Positions 41,964 through 52,041 of a stretch of 64,000 nucleotides of DNA are shown piece after piece. The stretch covers positions 9,089 to 73,088 of the forward strand of contig OZ251979.1 in the NCBI GenBank assembly GCA_965246755.1, in the 5' to 3' direction. The notes below the pieces were generated by a model, which saw nothing but the letters and a program-made list of their open reading frames with translations, was not told the DNA's origin and made no database searches. The translations under genes were made by a program, and so were the position numbers. Position 1 is the first letter of the stretch. Every line of letters starts with the position of its first letter. The stretch comes from Alphaproteobacteria bacterium. GTDB lineage: Bacteria; Pseudomonadota; Alphaproteobacteria; UBA11073.

Positions 41964-42332
41964 ATGACCGCCGCCCAACTTGCCGAATATCTGCCGATCC
42001 TGCTGTTTTTGGGCGTTGCGGGCGGCATCTCGGTTGCAATGCTGATGGGGTCGTGGCTGCTCGCCAAGCAAAAACCGGATGCGCAAAAAAACTCACCCTA
42101 TGAATGCGGGTTTGAAGTCTTCGCCGATGCGCGTAACAAATTCGACGTGCGGTTTTACCTGGTGTCGATCCTCTTCATCATCTTCGACCTGGAGGTCGCG
42201 TTTCTGTTTCCCTGGGCGATTTCCCTGGGCAAAATCGGCCTGTTCGGGTTTTGGTCGATGGTAGCGTTTTTAAGCTTGCTGACCATCGGCTTTATCTACG
42301 AGTGGAAAAAAGGCGCCTTGGAGTGGGAGTAA
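41964..42332 (+). CDS. nuoA: NADH-quinone oxidoreductase subunit A
   Basis: [41 protein letters not shown] is the NuoA signature. The track ORF starts at a GTG at 41913. Confidence 0.9.
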   Translation: MTAAQLAEYLPILLFLGVAGGISVAMLMGSWLLAKQKPDAQKNSPYECGFEVFADARNKFDVRFYLVSILFIIFDLEVAFLFPWAISLGKIGLFGFWSMVAFLSLLTIGFIYEWKKGALEWE

Positions 42333-42371
42333 TTTGATTATTTTAAGCGCTTAATAGCTATCAATTATTTA

Positions 42372-43433
42372 TTAGGCAGGCCCATTCGTGAATGGATGCT
42401 GAGAAACCGCAGTAGGTTTTGCGGCGATGTCTTGTTTGACAATGGCTTTTAAATATTGCGCGATGTGGCGTGCCAACGGCCGCGTATTTTCTTTAAATAA
42501 GACGATATATTGATATTCGATGCCATCATGCTGGTGTGTCACGATATTACGGCGTGACACGTTAAAACCGGCCTGGCGCGCCATTGACACAAAATTGTTG
42601 AATTCCGAACCTTCTGCGCGACCCGAAAAATTACCAAACAAAATCCCATTATCGCCAATGGCTTGGCTAATATCTTGGAGGCTTTGTGCATCTAAATGGT
42701 GCAGAACATATGGCGCGAGCGCAATCACCTCGCTTAACCCCATCGCCGCTTGGAATCTTTGCAGATCGTCTCGCAATGTTTCCGGCCTCGTCAGCTGACA
42801 TGGCACGCTGCAAACTGGCGGCACGGGGTCGGCAATCATATCGACGCCCAACCATGCCGCCATGCCATACGGTTCCAGCGCGCGTTGCGGCAGCGGATTA
42901 TGACCGGGGCCAATTTCAAGTGACAGGAATCGCGGCGACAAATCGCCTGCCACGCCTGCCGCTGTCAGCGTATCCAACAACAGCTTTTGACCGGGACGCA
43001 ATTGTTGCACCGGACGCGGTCTATGCTCATAACAATATTTTTCCAGCTGGCGCGGCATATGCCGCACTGCGCCGTAATAGCTATAGATAAAGCCAAACCA
43101 GCGGCGCAACCGCAATTGTAATTGACCATCTGTATAACGATAAGCGGGGCCATTTTCGTCCCACCCTTTCGTGCCATAGGGTTTGGGGTATTGTATGAGT
43201 TGCGCCGCCAGATCCGGAAAAATTTTGTCGGCCATATCTCGATCTAGTGTGACCCACAGATATTCGGGGCTGTTGATAGAGAGCAGCCTTTTACTATCAA
43301 TAATAAAACCCTGTTTGGCGACGAGGCGCGTGCGGCTGTCAAACGGTTGCAGGGCACTATTGGCGTCAATTATTGCCACCAGTGGCGGCGCATGAAATTT
43401 AGCCAAGGAAATTGTGATCGTTGGACTATTCAT
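42372..43433 (-). CDS. Hypothetical protein with a possible SAM-methyltransferase-like core, opposite strand between nuoA and nuoB
   Basis: 353 aa. The motif LSLEIGPGHNP followed by GVDMIAD resembles motifs I and II of class I methyltransferases, but the match is weak. Confidence 0.4.
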   Translation of the reverse strand: MNSPTITISLAKFHAPPLVAIIDANSALQPFDSRTRLVAKQGFIIDSKRLLSINSPEYLWVTLDRDMADKIFPDLAAQLIQYPKPYGTKGWDENGPAYRYTDGQLQLRLRRWFGFIYSYYGAVRHMPRQLEKYCYEHRPRPVQQLRPGQKLLLDTLTAAGVAGDLSPRFLSLEIGPGHNPLPQRALEPYGMAAWLGVDMIADPVPPVCSVPCQLTRPETLRDDLQRFQAAMGLSEVIALAPYVLHHLDAQSLQDISQAIGDNGILFGNFSGRAEGSEFNNFVSMARQAGFNVSRRNIVTHQHDGIEYQYIVLFKENTRPLARHIAQYLKAIVKQDIAAKPTAVSQHPFTNGPA

Positions 43434-43537
43434 TATGTATCCTTCAATATTTATCCCATGAATATCTTACAGACTTGCTAATATTCCGCCATTAGACAGC
43501 ACTTTCATTCACAGGCGGTTTTTGGTATGATAATGCC

Positions 43538-44113
43538 ATGCAAACGCCGTCTGTGCCGATTATCGCCAACTCCGCCGGCTGGACCGGTATCCATACGCTG
43601 CCCGCGCATGACAATTTCGCCAAAGCCGCGGCGGCGGAACTGGAAGACCGCGGCTATGTGGTGGCGCAATTTGATAAGTTGGTCGCCTGGGCGCGCACCG
43701 GTTCAATGTGGCCGATGACCTTTGGCCTCGCCTGCTGCGCGGTGGAGATGATCCACGCCTATATGGCGCGCTATGACCTCGACCGCTTTGGCGTGATCCC
43801 GCGCCCCAGCCCGCGTCAATCCGATGTAATGATTGTGGCCGGCACGTTGACCAACAAAATGGCCCCGGCGCTGCGCAAAGTGTATGACCAAATGCCGGAG
43901 CCGCGCTGGGTCATCTCGATGGGCAGCTGCGCCAATGGCGGCGGCTATTACCATTATTCCTATTCCGTGGTGCGCGGCTGCGACCGCATCGTGCCGGTTG
44001 ATGTTTATGTACCGGGTTGCCCCCCGACGGCCGAAGCACTGGTTTACGGCATTATGCAATTACAGAAAAAAATCCAGCGCGCGGCGGATCGCAAACCGCT
44101 GATCCGGGCGTAG
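43538..44113 (+). CDS. nuoB: NADH-quinone oxidoreductase subunit B
   Basis: GLACCAVEM and the Fe-S ligand pattern [16 protein letters not shown]...VPGCPP. Confidence 0.95.
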   Translation: MQTPSVPIIANSAGWTGIHTLPAHDNFAKAAAAELEDRGYVVAQFDKLVAWARTGSMWPMTFGLACCAVEMIHAYMARYDLDRFGVIPRPSPRQSDVMIVAGTLTNKMAPALRKVYDQMPEPRWVISMGSCANGGGYYHYSYSVVRGCDRIVPVDVYVPGCPPTAEALVYGIMQLQKKIQRAADRKPLIRA

Positions 44114-44114
44114 C

Positions 44115-44744
44115 GTGATGGTAATTGACACCCTCACCCTGCTTGCTGAAGGTTTTGCCATTGTGCATCCCGAAATTGTTACCGGTTACGAATTCGACCA
44201 TGGCGAATTGATTTTGGATATCGCGCGCGACCAGATTAACGTGGCGCTGGCGTGGTTGCGCGATCACCCCGATTATAAGTTCGTGCAGCTGGTTGACATC
44301 TGCGGCGTTGATAATCCATCGATGCCGGAACGGTTTACCATTGTTTACAATATGCTGTCGCTCAAGAAAAATCTGCGCATCCGGCTGAAGGTCACAACTG
44401 ATGAGGTAACGCCGGTGCCGTCTTGTGTCGCGCTGTTCCCCGTCGCGGGCTGGTATGAACGCGAAGTTTACGATTTATACGGCGTCAGCTTTGCCGGCAA
44501 TCCTGATATGCGCCGCATCCTGACCGATTACGGGTTTGAAGGCTTCCCCCTCAGGAAAGATTTCCCGCTGACCGGTTATCAGGAACTGCGTTATGACCCG
44601 CTCGAGCAACGCTGCGTGTATGAGCCGGTCAAACTGACCCAGGATTTCCGCCGTTTCGAATTCATGTCACCATGGGAAGGTATGACCAACGTGCAGCTGC
44701 CCGGCGATGAAAAGGCCGTGAAGCCGTTGGGTACTATCAATTAG
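44115..44744 (+). CDS. nuoC: NADH-quinone oxidoreductase subunit C
   Basis: 209 aa with the 30-kDa subunit motifs (ERFTIVYNMLSL, EREVYDLYGVSF). Confidence 0.9.
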   Translation: MMVIDTLTLLAEGFAIVHPEIVTGYEFDHGELILDIARDQINVALAWLRDHPDYKFVQLVDICGVDNPSMPERFTIVYNMLSLKKNLRIRLKVTTDEVTPVPSCVALFPVAGWYEREVYDLYGVSFAGNPDMRRILTDYGFEGFPLRKDFPLTGYQELRYDPLEQRCVYEPVKLTQDFRRFEFMSPWEGMTNVQLPGDEKAVKPLGTIN

Positions 44745-44774
44745 CTTGACAAAGCGCACGTTTTCACGTACGTT

Positions 44775-45077
44775 TTGAATATGTATGATGTTCCCACTAT
44801 TATAAATGCCACCCGCGCCCGCGCCGATATCTATAATCTGATCGAACGTGTGCATGACGAAGCGCGCCCTATCGTCATTACTGGCAAAAAGCACAATGCT
44901 GTACTGATGTCTGAGGAAGAATGGCGCGGCATTCAGGAAACGTTATATTTGTCTGCCATCCCTGGTATGGTGAATTCAATTTTAGAAGCCAGCAAAGAAC
45001 CATTGGAAGATGGTCTGGAATATACGGGACAGTCATTGGATGAACTGGAAAATTTCGTTAAACAAACAGGCGGTTAA
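44775..45077 (+). CDS. yefM: Phd/YefM-family antitoxin
   Basis: ...TRARADIYNLIERVHDEARPIVITGKKHNAVLMSEEEW is the YefM signature. The track starts at TTG, and the ATG at 44781 is likely. Confidence 0.75.
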   Translation: MNMYDVPTIINATRARADIYNLIERVHDEARPIVITGKKHNAVLMSEEEWRGIQETLYLSAIPGMVNSILEASKEPLEDGLEYTGQSLDELENFVKQTGG

Positions 45078-45303
45078 AGACCTAATCAAATGGGAGCGCT
45101 TGGGACGCGGGCATGCACCGCGTGTTTTACTTGATGTGATTGCGGATGATCCATTTGCGCCTTATCCCAAATATGAAAAACTTAATGGCAATTTAGCCGA
45201 ACATTATTCGCGCCGCATCAACCAACAGCATCGACTTGTTTACACCGTTGATCAAAATACGCGCACTATTCATGTCGTGCGCATGTGGACGCATTACGAA
45301 TAA
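45040..45303 (+). CDS. yoeB: YoeB/Txe-family toxin (RelE superfamily)
   Basis: ...HYSRRINQQHRLVYTVDQNTRTIHVVRMWTHYE is the YoeB C-terminal catalytic region. It overlaps the antitoxin gene. The track ORF starts at 45010. Confidence 0.7.
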   Translation: MNWKISLNKQAVKDLIKWERLGRGHAPRVLLDVIADDPFAPYPKYEKLNGNLAEHYSRRINQQHRLVYTVDQNTRTIHVVRMWTHYE

Positions 45304-45321
45304 GCCGTTATAAATCCGTCC

Positions 45322-46077
45322 ATGGATATTGATATTATTGGCATGCTGACCGATCCGGCGGCGTGGCTGTCGCTGGTCACGCTAGCGCTGTTGGAAATTG
45401 TGCTGGGGATCGACAATCTGGTCATTGTCGCTATTTTGGCCGGTAAGCTGCCGCCAAAACAGCAGCCGCGTGCGCGGCGGCTGGGCCTTTCCGTCGCGCT
45501 GATCACCCGGATTATGCTGCTGTCATTGGCGTTCTTTATCGCGCAGATGGCAAAGCCACTGTTCAGCATCGCGCAATACAGTTTCTCCATTCGCGATTTA
45601 TTGCTGATCGCGGGCGGGCTGTTCCTTTTGGTCAAGGGCACGCTGGAGATTCATCATACAATCGAGGATGACGACAGCGGGCCCGAGGTTAAACCCAAGG
45701 TGCAGGCGGTATTCGGTCTCGTCATCGCGCAAATCGCCGTTATGGATATCGTCTTTTCGTTCGACAGCGTCATGACGGCAATTGGCGTGGCCGAACATCT
45801 GCCGATCATGATCCTGGCCATCGTCATTTCAATGGCGGTGATGATCTGGGCCATCAACGGCATCTCAGACTTTATCGCGCGGCACCCGACGGTTAAAATG
45901 CTGGCGCTCAGTTATATTCTGCTGATCGGTATTGCCTTAATCGGCGAAGGCTTTCAATTCCATATTCCGAAAGGCTATCTGTATTTCGCGATGGCGTTTT
46001 CGTTTGGTGTCGAATTGCTCAATATGGCGGGACGGCGCAGGGCCGCGAGACGGTTGATTGGAAAAACACTCGACTAA
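45322..46077 (+). CDS. TerC family integral membrane protein
   Basis: LEIVLGIDNLVIVAILAGKLP is a TerC/YoaE-type repeat, with seven TM helices. Confidence 0.7.
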   Translation: MDIDIIGMLTDPAAWLSLVTLALLEIVLGIDNLVIVAILAGKLPPKQQPRARRLGLSVALITRIMLLSLAFFIAQMAKPLFSIAQYSFSIRDLLLIAGGLFLLVKGTLEIHHTIEDDDSGPEVKPKVQAVFGLVIAQIAVMDIVFSFDSVMTAIGVAEHLPIMILAIVISMAVMIWAINGISDFIARHPTVKMLALSYILLIGIALIGEGFQFHIPKGYLYFAMAFSFGVELLNMAGRRRAARRLIGKTLD

Positions 46078-46253
46078 TATTATCAAAATGGTAATATTTA
46101 AAAATGGAATATGTGGAATTTAATGTAACAATTGAATTAGAGGCTTGGGTCGTGGCACGTTTGTATGAAAACGCCAAAGATTATGCAAGCATGGAAGAAT
46201 ATCTAAAGTTTATATTGCGCGAAGATGCTTTGCGTTCCCAGAATAACAGAAAA

Positions 46254-47123
46254 TTATAAATGCAAACCGGAAAATTTATGAAATCGCGCGCTAAGATTTT
46301 CAGGCATTGCAAAATCATCTCTAACTATCGCATTGCACAATCCAGCCATTTTTTGTTCTTCCCTATAGTCTCTTGGCACGCCACAAACAACAATATTGTT
46401 CCTACCCGTTCTGGTCTTAATGAACTCCTTTGCCGCCATTGCGGATTCCGCGCCCTTTTCATTATCTTCAATTACAAAGGCATACGTTTCTTTGGCTGAC
46501 CAACCATGTCTTTTTACTATGTCATAAAAAGACTTTAGATACATGTCAGGTGCGGGCTTACTGTTACGCACTTCATCGGCAGTTACAGTGCTTTCCCAAG
46601 GTAGTTTTTCTTCTAATTTTCTATCTACCAACGCTAAATTTGCCTCAACAATTGGACGTCCACTATTAGATACCGCGCCGATAGGAATTTGCGCCGCACT
46701 TACCCGTTGCACTAATCTTGCCACCGGCATGCGCACATTTGATGTTTCGGGAATATATTGCGCCATGACGGTATCAAAATGGCTTTTGATAAGATCGCGA
46801 AGATGATCCTTTGGCATGTCTTTAGGAATAACCTCGCCTGCTAACTCTCTAAACCATATTTCTGCCGCCTCATATTGCTGACCGGGCAACTGCTCTGCGC
46901 CAACCTTAAAAAGACGCTTAGTTAATTCAGGCCCTAGTGCATCAGGCACAAATGTTTCATAGGAATTAACAACGGCAAGACCAAAACCAATGGCATCAAC
47001 GGCAAGTCCTGTTGTCCCTTCTTCGCCACATAAACGCGTATCCAAACAATCCACATTTGGATTGACAACGGTCAGCGTGAAATCCACATCGCTTTGCAAA
47101 ATAAGGTTTTTCATTTCAATCAA
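46254..47123 (-). CDS. HAD-superfamily hydrolase-like protein (AT-rich)
   Basis: Motif I DVDFTL, motif II GAVSNS and motif III/IV ...FVIEDNEKG. The composition is AT-rich relative to the flanking nuo genes. Confidence 0.4.
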   Translation of the reverse strand: MIEMKNLILQSDVDFTLTVVNPNVDCLDTRLCGEEGTTGLAVDAIGFGLAVVNSYETFVPDALGPELTKRLFKVGAEQLPGQQYEAAEIWFRELAGEVIPKDMPKDHLRDLIKSHFDTVMAQYIPETSNVRMPVARLVQRVSAAQIPIGAVSNSGRPIVEANLALVDRKLEEKLPWESTVTADEVRNSKPAPDMYLKSFYDIVKRHGWSAKETYAFVIEDNEKGAESAMAAKEFIKTRTGRNNIVVCGVPRDYREEQKMAGLCNAIVRDDFAMPENLSARFHKFSGLHL

Positions 47124-47237
47124 TCTCTTAAGTTATAGTCTAAACTACAACGTATCCTCTAAAAAACGCAAGTTTTTAAATAGTTGCAGGTTTTTACCTG
47201 CCTTGTCCCTGCGGCCATACTGCGATATTAAAGATCC

Positions 47238-48455
47238 ATGACCGCCGTTTTAAAACCAGCCGAGACCGCGCCGCCGAATATGGCGGAAGACATCAAGCCC
47301 TACACCATGAATTTCGGGCCGCAGCATCCCGCCGCGCATGGCGTCTTGCGGCTGGTGATGGATATGGAAGGCGAGACGGTGCGGCGCTGTGATCCGCATA
47401 TCGGCCTCCTCCACCGCGGCACCGAAAAGCTGATTGAATATAAAACCTATTTGCAGGCGATCCCGTATTTCGACCGGCTCGATTACGTGAGCCCGATGTG
47501 CCAGGAACATTCGTTTGCGCTGGCGGTTGAAAAACTGCTCGGCATCACCGCGCCGCCGCGCGCGCAATATATCCGCGTCTTGTTTGCCGAAATCACCCGC
47601 ATCCTCAACCATATTTTGAACATCACGACCTATGCGCTCGATGTCGGCGCCATCACGCCGTCTCTATGGGGCTTTGAAGAGCGTGAGAAAATGATGGAGT
47701 TTTACGACCGCGTCTGTGGCGCGCGGTTGCATGCCAATTATTTTAGGCCCGGCGGCGTTGCCATCGATATGCCGGATGGGTTGCTGGAAGATATCGCCAG
47801 CTATTTTGACGGGTTTGGCAAATTCATTGACGATCTGGAAAACCTGCTGTCCGGCAACCGCATTTTCAAACAGCGCACGGTTGATATCGGCATCGTGTCG
47901 GCGCAAGAGGCGTTGGCTTGGGGCTTTACGGGGCCGATGCTGCGCGCGTCCAATGTCGCGTGGGATCTGCGCCGCAGCCAGCCGTATGATGTCTACGACC
48001 AGATGGATTTTGACGTGCCGGTCGGCAAAACCGGCGATTGCTGGGCGCGTTATCTGGTCCGCATGGAGGAGATGCGCCAGTCGGTGCGCATCATCAAACA
48101 ATGCATTGAACAGATGCCGGAAGGCCCAGTGAAGTCGGACGATCACAAGATTTCGCCGCCCAAGCGCGCCGACATGAAGACGTCGATGGAGGCCCTGATC
48201 CATCATTTTAAACTCTACACTGAAGGCTATCACGTGCCGGCCGGGGAAACCTATACCGCCACGGAATCGCCAAAAGGGGAGTTCGGCGTTTATCTAATAT
48301 CCGACGGCACCAACAAACCCTATCGCTGCCACATTCGCGCGACCGGCATGTCGCACCTGCAGGCGATGGATTTCATGGCCAAGGGGCATATGCTGGCTGA
48401 TGCGGTCGCCATCATCGGCAGTATGGATATCGTGTTCGGTGAGATTGACCGTTAA
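47238..48455 (+). CDS. nuoD: NADH-quinone oxidoreductase subunit D
   Basis: 405 aa. [17 protein letters not shown] and the C-terminal [14 protein letters not shown] motifs of the 49-kDa subunit. Confidence 0.95.
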   Translation: MTAVLKPAETAPPNMAEDIKPYTMNFGPQHPAAHGVLRLVMDMEGETVRRCDPHIGLLHRGTEKLIEYKTYLQAIPYFDRLDYVSPMCQEHSFALAVEKLLGITAPPRAQYIRVLFAEITRILNHILNITTYALDVGAITPSLWGFEEREKMMEFYDRVCGARLHANYFRPGGVAIDMPDGLLEDIASYFDGFGKFIDDLENLLSGNRIFKQRTVDIGIVSAQEALAWGFTGPMLRASNVAWDLRRSQPYDVYDQMDFDVPVGKTGDCWARYLVRMEEMRQSVRIIKQCIEQMPEGPVKSDDHKISPPKRADMKTSMEALIHHFKLYTEGYHVPAGETYTATESPKGEFGVYLISDGTNKPYRCHIRATGMSHLQAMDFMAKGHMLADAVAIIGSMDIVFGEIDR

Positions 48456-48495
48456 TAAAACTATACATTCTGCATAATTCTTAGCAGAATAAATT

Positions 48496-49311
48496 ATGTT
48501 AAATATTCCCATTAATGACGTCGCGCAGGTCATGCGCGACTGCGCTGCCACCGAGATCATGCCGCGGTTTGGCAAACTGCTGGCGCATGAGATTGAAGAG
48601 AAGTCACCCAATAATCTGGTGACGGTCGCCGACCGCGCGGCCGAGGAATTTTTGCGGCCCAGGTTGGAGGCGTTACTGCCCGGCTCCGTCACCATTGGTG
48701 AGGAGGCGGTGCATAAAAAGCCGTCGCTGATAAAATTATTGAAGCAGGATCAGCCGGTGTGGATCATCGACCCCATTGATGGCACGCATAATTTCGCGCA
48801 TGGCGTGCCGGTGTTCGGGATCATCATTGCGCTCATAATCAATAACGAAACACAGGCCGGGTGGATTTATGATCCAAACCAGGACCGTATGGCAATGGCG
48901 ATAAAGGGCGAGGGCGTCACTATCAACGGCCAGCCTGCGACCGTCGCCGCGCCGTCGGCACTCGCGGATGCCACTGGCTTTGTCTCCGCCAAATTTTTTC
49001 CGCCGGCGCAGCGTGAGCTGCTCGCCAAACGCGCCGCCGCCCTTAAAAATACCGGGCACCTGCGCTGTGCCAGCCACGAATATCTGGCGCTGGTCGAAGG
49101 CGCACGGCAGTTCGGCGTTTTCCGCAAGCTGATGGTGTGGGACCATGCCGCCGGTATTTTAATGCATGCCGAGGCGGGCGGTTATAATGCCAAACTGGAT
49201 GGCAGCCACTATCAGCCCACCGATGAAACCGGCGGTATCCTGCTGGCCCCGGATAAACAGATGTGGTTCCAGCTGCGCGACCATCTGTTCGGTGAAGATG
49301 TGGAGTTATGA
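48496..49311 (+). CDS. Inositol monophosphatase family protein
   Basis: IMPase motifs IIDPIDGTHNF and WDHAAG. Confidence 0.75.
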   Translation: MLNIPINDVAQVMRDCAATEIMPRFGKLLAHEIEEKSPNNLVTVADRAAEEFLRPRLEALLPGSVTIGEEAVHKKPSLIKLLKQDQPVWIIDPIDGTHNFAHGVPVFGIIIALIINNETQAGWIYDPNQDRMAMAIKGEGVTINGQPATVAAPSALADATGFVSAKFFPPAQRELLAKRAAALKNTGHLRCASHEYLALVEGARQFGVFRKLMVWDHAAGILMHAEAGGYNAKLDGSHYQPTDETGGILLAPDKQMWFQLRDHLFGEDVEL

Positions 49312-49808
49312 TCGAAATTAAACCTATGACTTTAAATATGTTTGACGACTGGTATTCCGCCTTGGATAGCATAGCATCTGAAAAATACTGGTTATCATTT
49401 GATACCGCACCACCTAAGGCAGAAGCGCAAAAATATGTAACAGACATGATTGATCAAGATGCGCCGTTTTATACAGCATGGAAAGATAACCAATTTATTG
49501 GCTGGTGCGATATAAGTTTAAACAAAACAGCTTGGAATAAAGTATTCTCACGTCATATTGGTGATTTGGGTATGGCGATATTATTGGAATGGCGCGGGAA
49601 CGGAGCAGGACAAAAGTTGATCACAGAAGCGATTGCTCATGCAAAACGGATTGGCCTCGAAAAAATTCATCTAAGCGTTTATAGTCATAATATCGCCGCA
49701 AAGAATTTATATCTTAAAAATCGTTTTGATATTATTGGTGTCCAGATAAAGGCATTTAAATCAGGCGATAATTATAGTGATATATTGCCTATGGAACGGT
49801 TTCTCTAA
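49308..49808 (+). CDS. GNAT family N-acetyltransferase (AT-rich)
   Basis: 166 aa with the acetyl-CoA-binding motif RGNGAGQKL and a C-terminal ...AKNLYLKNRFDIIG. Confidence 0.6.
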   Translation: MIEIKPMTLNMFDDWYSALDSIASEKYWLSFDTAPPKAEAQKYVTDMIDQDAPFYTAWKDNQFIGWCDISLNKTAWNKVFSRHIGDLGMAILLEWRGNGAGQKLITEAIAHAKRIGLEKIHLSVYSHNIAAKNLYLKNRFDIIGVQIKAFKSGDNYSDILPMERFL

Positions 49809-49848
49809 CTTTGAACATCTTGCTGGTCTGCTAAATCTGCGGTAATCA

Positions 49849-50463
49849 ATGATCATGAAAGCGCTGTTCGCCGCCCATCAGCCTGAAACGTTTGCCTTTA
49901 CGCCCGAAAACCGTGTGGCGGGTGAGGCGATTATCCAAAAATACCCAGACGGGCGCCAGCAATCAGCCGTGATGCCGCTGTTGCATCTGGCGCAATTGCA
50001 GCATGACAACTGGCTGCCCCGCGCGGCGATGGACCATGTGGCAGATTGGCTCGGCATGCCGCGCGTGCGCGTCTATGAGGTTGCCAGCTTTTACACCATG
50101 TATAATCTGGCGCCAGTCGGTGTGCATCATGTGCAGATTTGCACCACGACGCCGTGCTGGCTGCGCGGATCGGCGGCAATTGTCAGCGCCTGCCAAACGC
50201 ATCTGGGCATTGGCCTCGGTGAAACCACCGCCGACGGCCAGTTCACATTAGACGAGGTCGAATGCCTTGGCGCCTGTGTCAATGCACCGATGGTGCAGGT
50301 GGATACCAAAGACAGCAGCACCTATTATGAGGACCTAACGCCGGAAAATATCACCGAAATTTTACGCAAACTCGCCGCTGGCGAGCCAGTCACGCCCGGC
50401 CCGCAATCCGCGCGGCACAGTTCAGAACCGTTGGCGGGCACTATTGCCGCCAATCAAAACTAA
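49849..50463 (+). CDS. nuoE: NADH-quinone oxidoreductase subunit E
   Basis: 24-kDa subunit with the [2Fe-2S] ligands ...QICTTTPCWLRG...CLGACVNAP. Confidence 0.92.
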   Translation: MIMKALFAAHQPETFAFTPENRVAGEAIIQKYPDGRQQSAVMPLLHLAQLQHDNWLPRAAMDHVADWLGMPRVRVYEVASFYTMYNLAPVGVHHVQICTTTPCWLRGSAAIVSACQTHLGIGLGETTADGQFTLDEVECLGACVNAPMVQVDTKDSSTYYEDLTPENITEILRKLAAGEPVTPGPQSARHSSEPLAGTIAANQN

Positions 50464-50502
50464 TAATTGATTTTTGAAATTGCTTTCCGCTAGCGTTGTG
50501 GC

Positions 50503-52041
50503 ATGACGACCCTCCGCCTTGTCCTCGGCGACCAGCTGTCGCATGATATCTCATCGCTGCAGGATGCTGATAAACAGCGCGACATTATTTTGATGTGCGA
50601 GGTGTGGGACGAAGCGACCTATGTCAAACATCACCAGAAAAAGATCGCTTTTCTGTTTTCCGCGATGCGGCATTTTGCGGCGGAATTGGATAAAAAAGGT
50701 TACCGCGTCCATTATACGAAGTTAGACGATAAACAAAACGCCGGCTCATTCCGTGGTGAGGTCGCGCGGGCGATCAAGACATACAAAGTTACCAAACTTG
50801 TTATGACGCATCCGGGCGAATATCGCGTGCTCGTGGAGATGCGGCGTTGGCAAAGCGATTTTGGCCTGCCGGTCGAAATCCTGGATGACAATCGCTTTTA
50901 CTGCGGCATTGGTGAATTTAAACGCTGGGCGCGTGGCAAGACCGGTTTGCGCATGGAGTTTTTCTACCGCGAGATGCGGCGGCAATATAATATTCTGATG
51001 GATGGCGCGGACCCTGTCGGCGGCCAATGGAATTACGATAAGGAAAATCGGGAGCCGGCGCAAAACGATCTGTTTATGCCCAAGCTTAAACCCTTTAAAC
51101 CGGATGCCATTACGCAAGAGGTATTGGCATTGGTCGCCAAGCGCTTTGGTGACCATTTCGGTGATTTGGCGCCATTCAACATTGCGGTGACGCGCAAACA
51201 GGCGCTCGCGGCGCTCGACCAGTTTATCACCGAGCGGCTGCCGGATTTCGGCACCTATCAGGATGCGATGCTGACGGGTAAACCCTATCTTTATCATGCG
51301 CATTTGAGTTTTTATATCAATGCCGGACTGTTGAACCCGCGTGAAGTCGTGGCGCGTGCGGAACAGGCCTATACCGATCACGCCGCGCCGCTGAATGCGG
51401 TGGAAGGTTTCATCCGCCAGATCCTCGGCTGGCGCGAATATGTGCGCGGTATCTATTGGTTGAAAATGCCGCAGTATGCGACCGAGAATTATTTCAAGGC
51501 CACACGCAAGCTACCCGGCTTTTATTGGACCAGTGATACCAAAATGAATTGCCTGCACCAGTGTGTGAGCGAGACCAAGCGCAATGCCTATGCGCATCAT
51601 ATCCAGCGGCTAATGGTGTTGGGGAACTTCGCGCTGCTCGCCGGCCTGGACGTGGCAGAGGTCAACGAATGGTATCTGATCGTCTATGCCGATGCCTATG
51701 AATGGGTAGAGCTGCCGAACGTCAGCGGCATGATTTTGTTCGCCGATGGCGGGCTGATGGCCAGCAAACCGTACGCCGCGACGGGGGCCTATATCAACCG
51801 CATGTCGGATTATTGCCAAGGCTGTTATTATGATCCCAAGCAAAAAACCGGCACGCGCGCCTGCCCATTCAATTATCTCTACTGGGATTTCATGGCACGT
51901 CACCGTCCACAGCTGGCGCGTAACCCGCGCCTGGCCCTCACCCATCGGAGTATGGATAAAATGAATGCCGAGACGTTGGATGACATGCGCGCGGAGGCCG
52001 CAGAATTTTTGGCATCGGACGAGATGTCACCGGATTATTAA
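50503..52041 (+). CDS. phrB: Cryptochrome/photolyase family protein, PhrB-type (6-4) photolyase (FeS-BCP/CryPro, COG3046)
   Basis: 512 aa and near-collinear with Agrobacterium PhrB: LRLVLGDQLS, KKIAFLFSAMRHFA, NAVEGFIRQILGWREY, AYAHHIQRLMVLGNFALLAG, EWVELPNV, RMSDYCQGCYYDPKQKTGTRACPFN. Confidence 0.85.
   Translation: MTTLRLVLGDQLSHDISSLQDADKQRDIILMCEVWDEATYVKHHQKKIAFLFSAMRHFAAELDKKGYRVHYTKLDDKQNAGSFRGEVARAIKTYKVTKLVMTHPGEYRVLVEMRRWQSDFGLPVEILDDNRFYCGIGEFKRWARGKTGLRMEFFYREMRRQYNILMDGADPVGGQWNYDKENREPAQNDLFMPKLKPFKPDAITQEVLALVAKRFGDHFGDLAPFNIAVTRKQALAALDQFITERLPDFGTYQDAMLTGKPYLYHAHLSFYINAGLLNPREVVARAEQAYTDHAAPLNAVEGFIRQILGWREYVRGIYWLKMPQYATENYFKATRKLPGFYWTSDTKMNCLHQCVSETKRNAYAHHIQRLMVLGNFALLAGLDVAEVNEWYLIVYADAYEWVELPNVSGMILFADGGLMASKPYAATGAYINRMSDYCQGCYYDPKQKTGTRACPFNYLYWDFMARHRPQLARNPRLALTHRSMDKMNAETLDDMRAEAAEFLASDEMSPDY

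Noticed and set aside
47664-48233. 189-aa minus-strand ORF inside nuoD
   Set aside because: Antisense to nuoD.
50746-51381. 211-aa minus-strand ORF inside the photolyase gene
   Set aside because: It is antisense to a gene that is collinear with PhrB.
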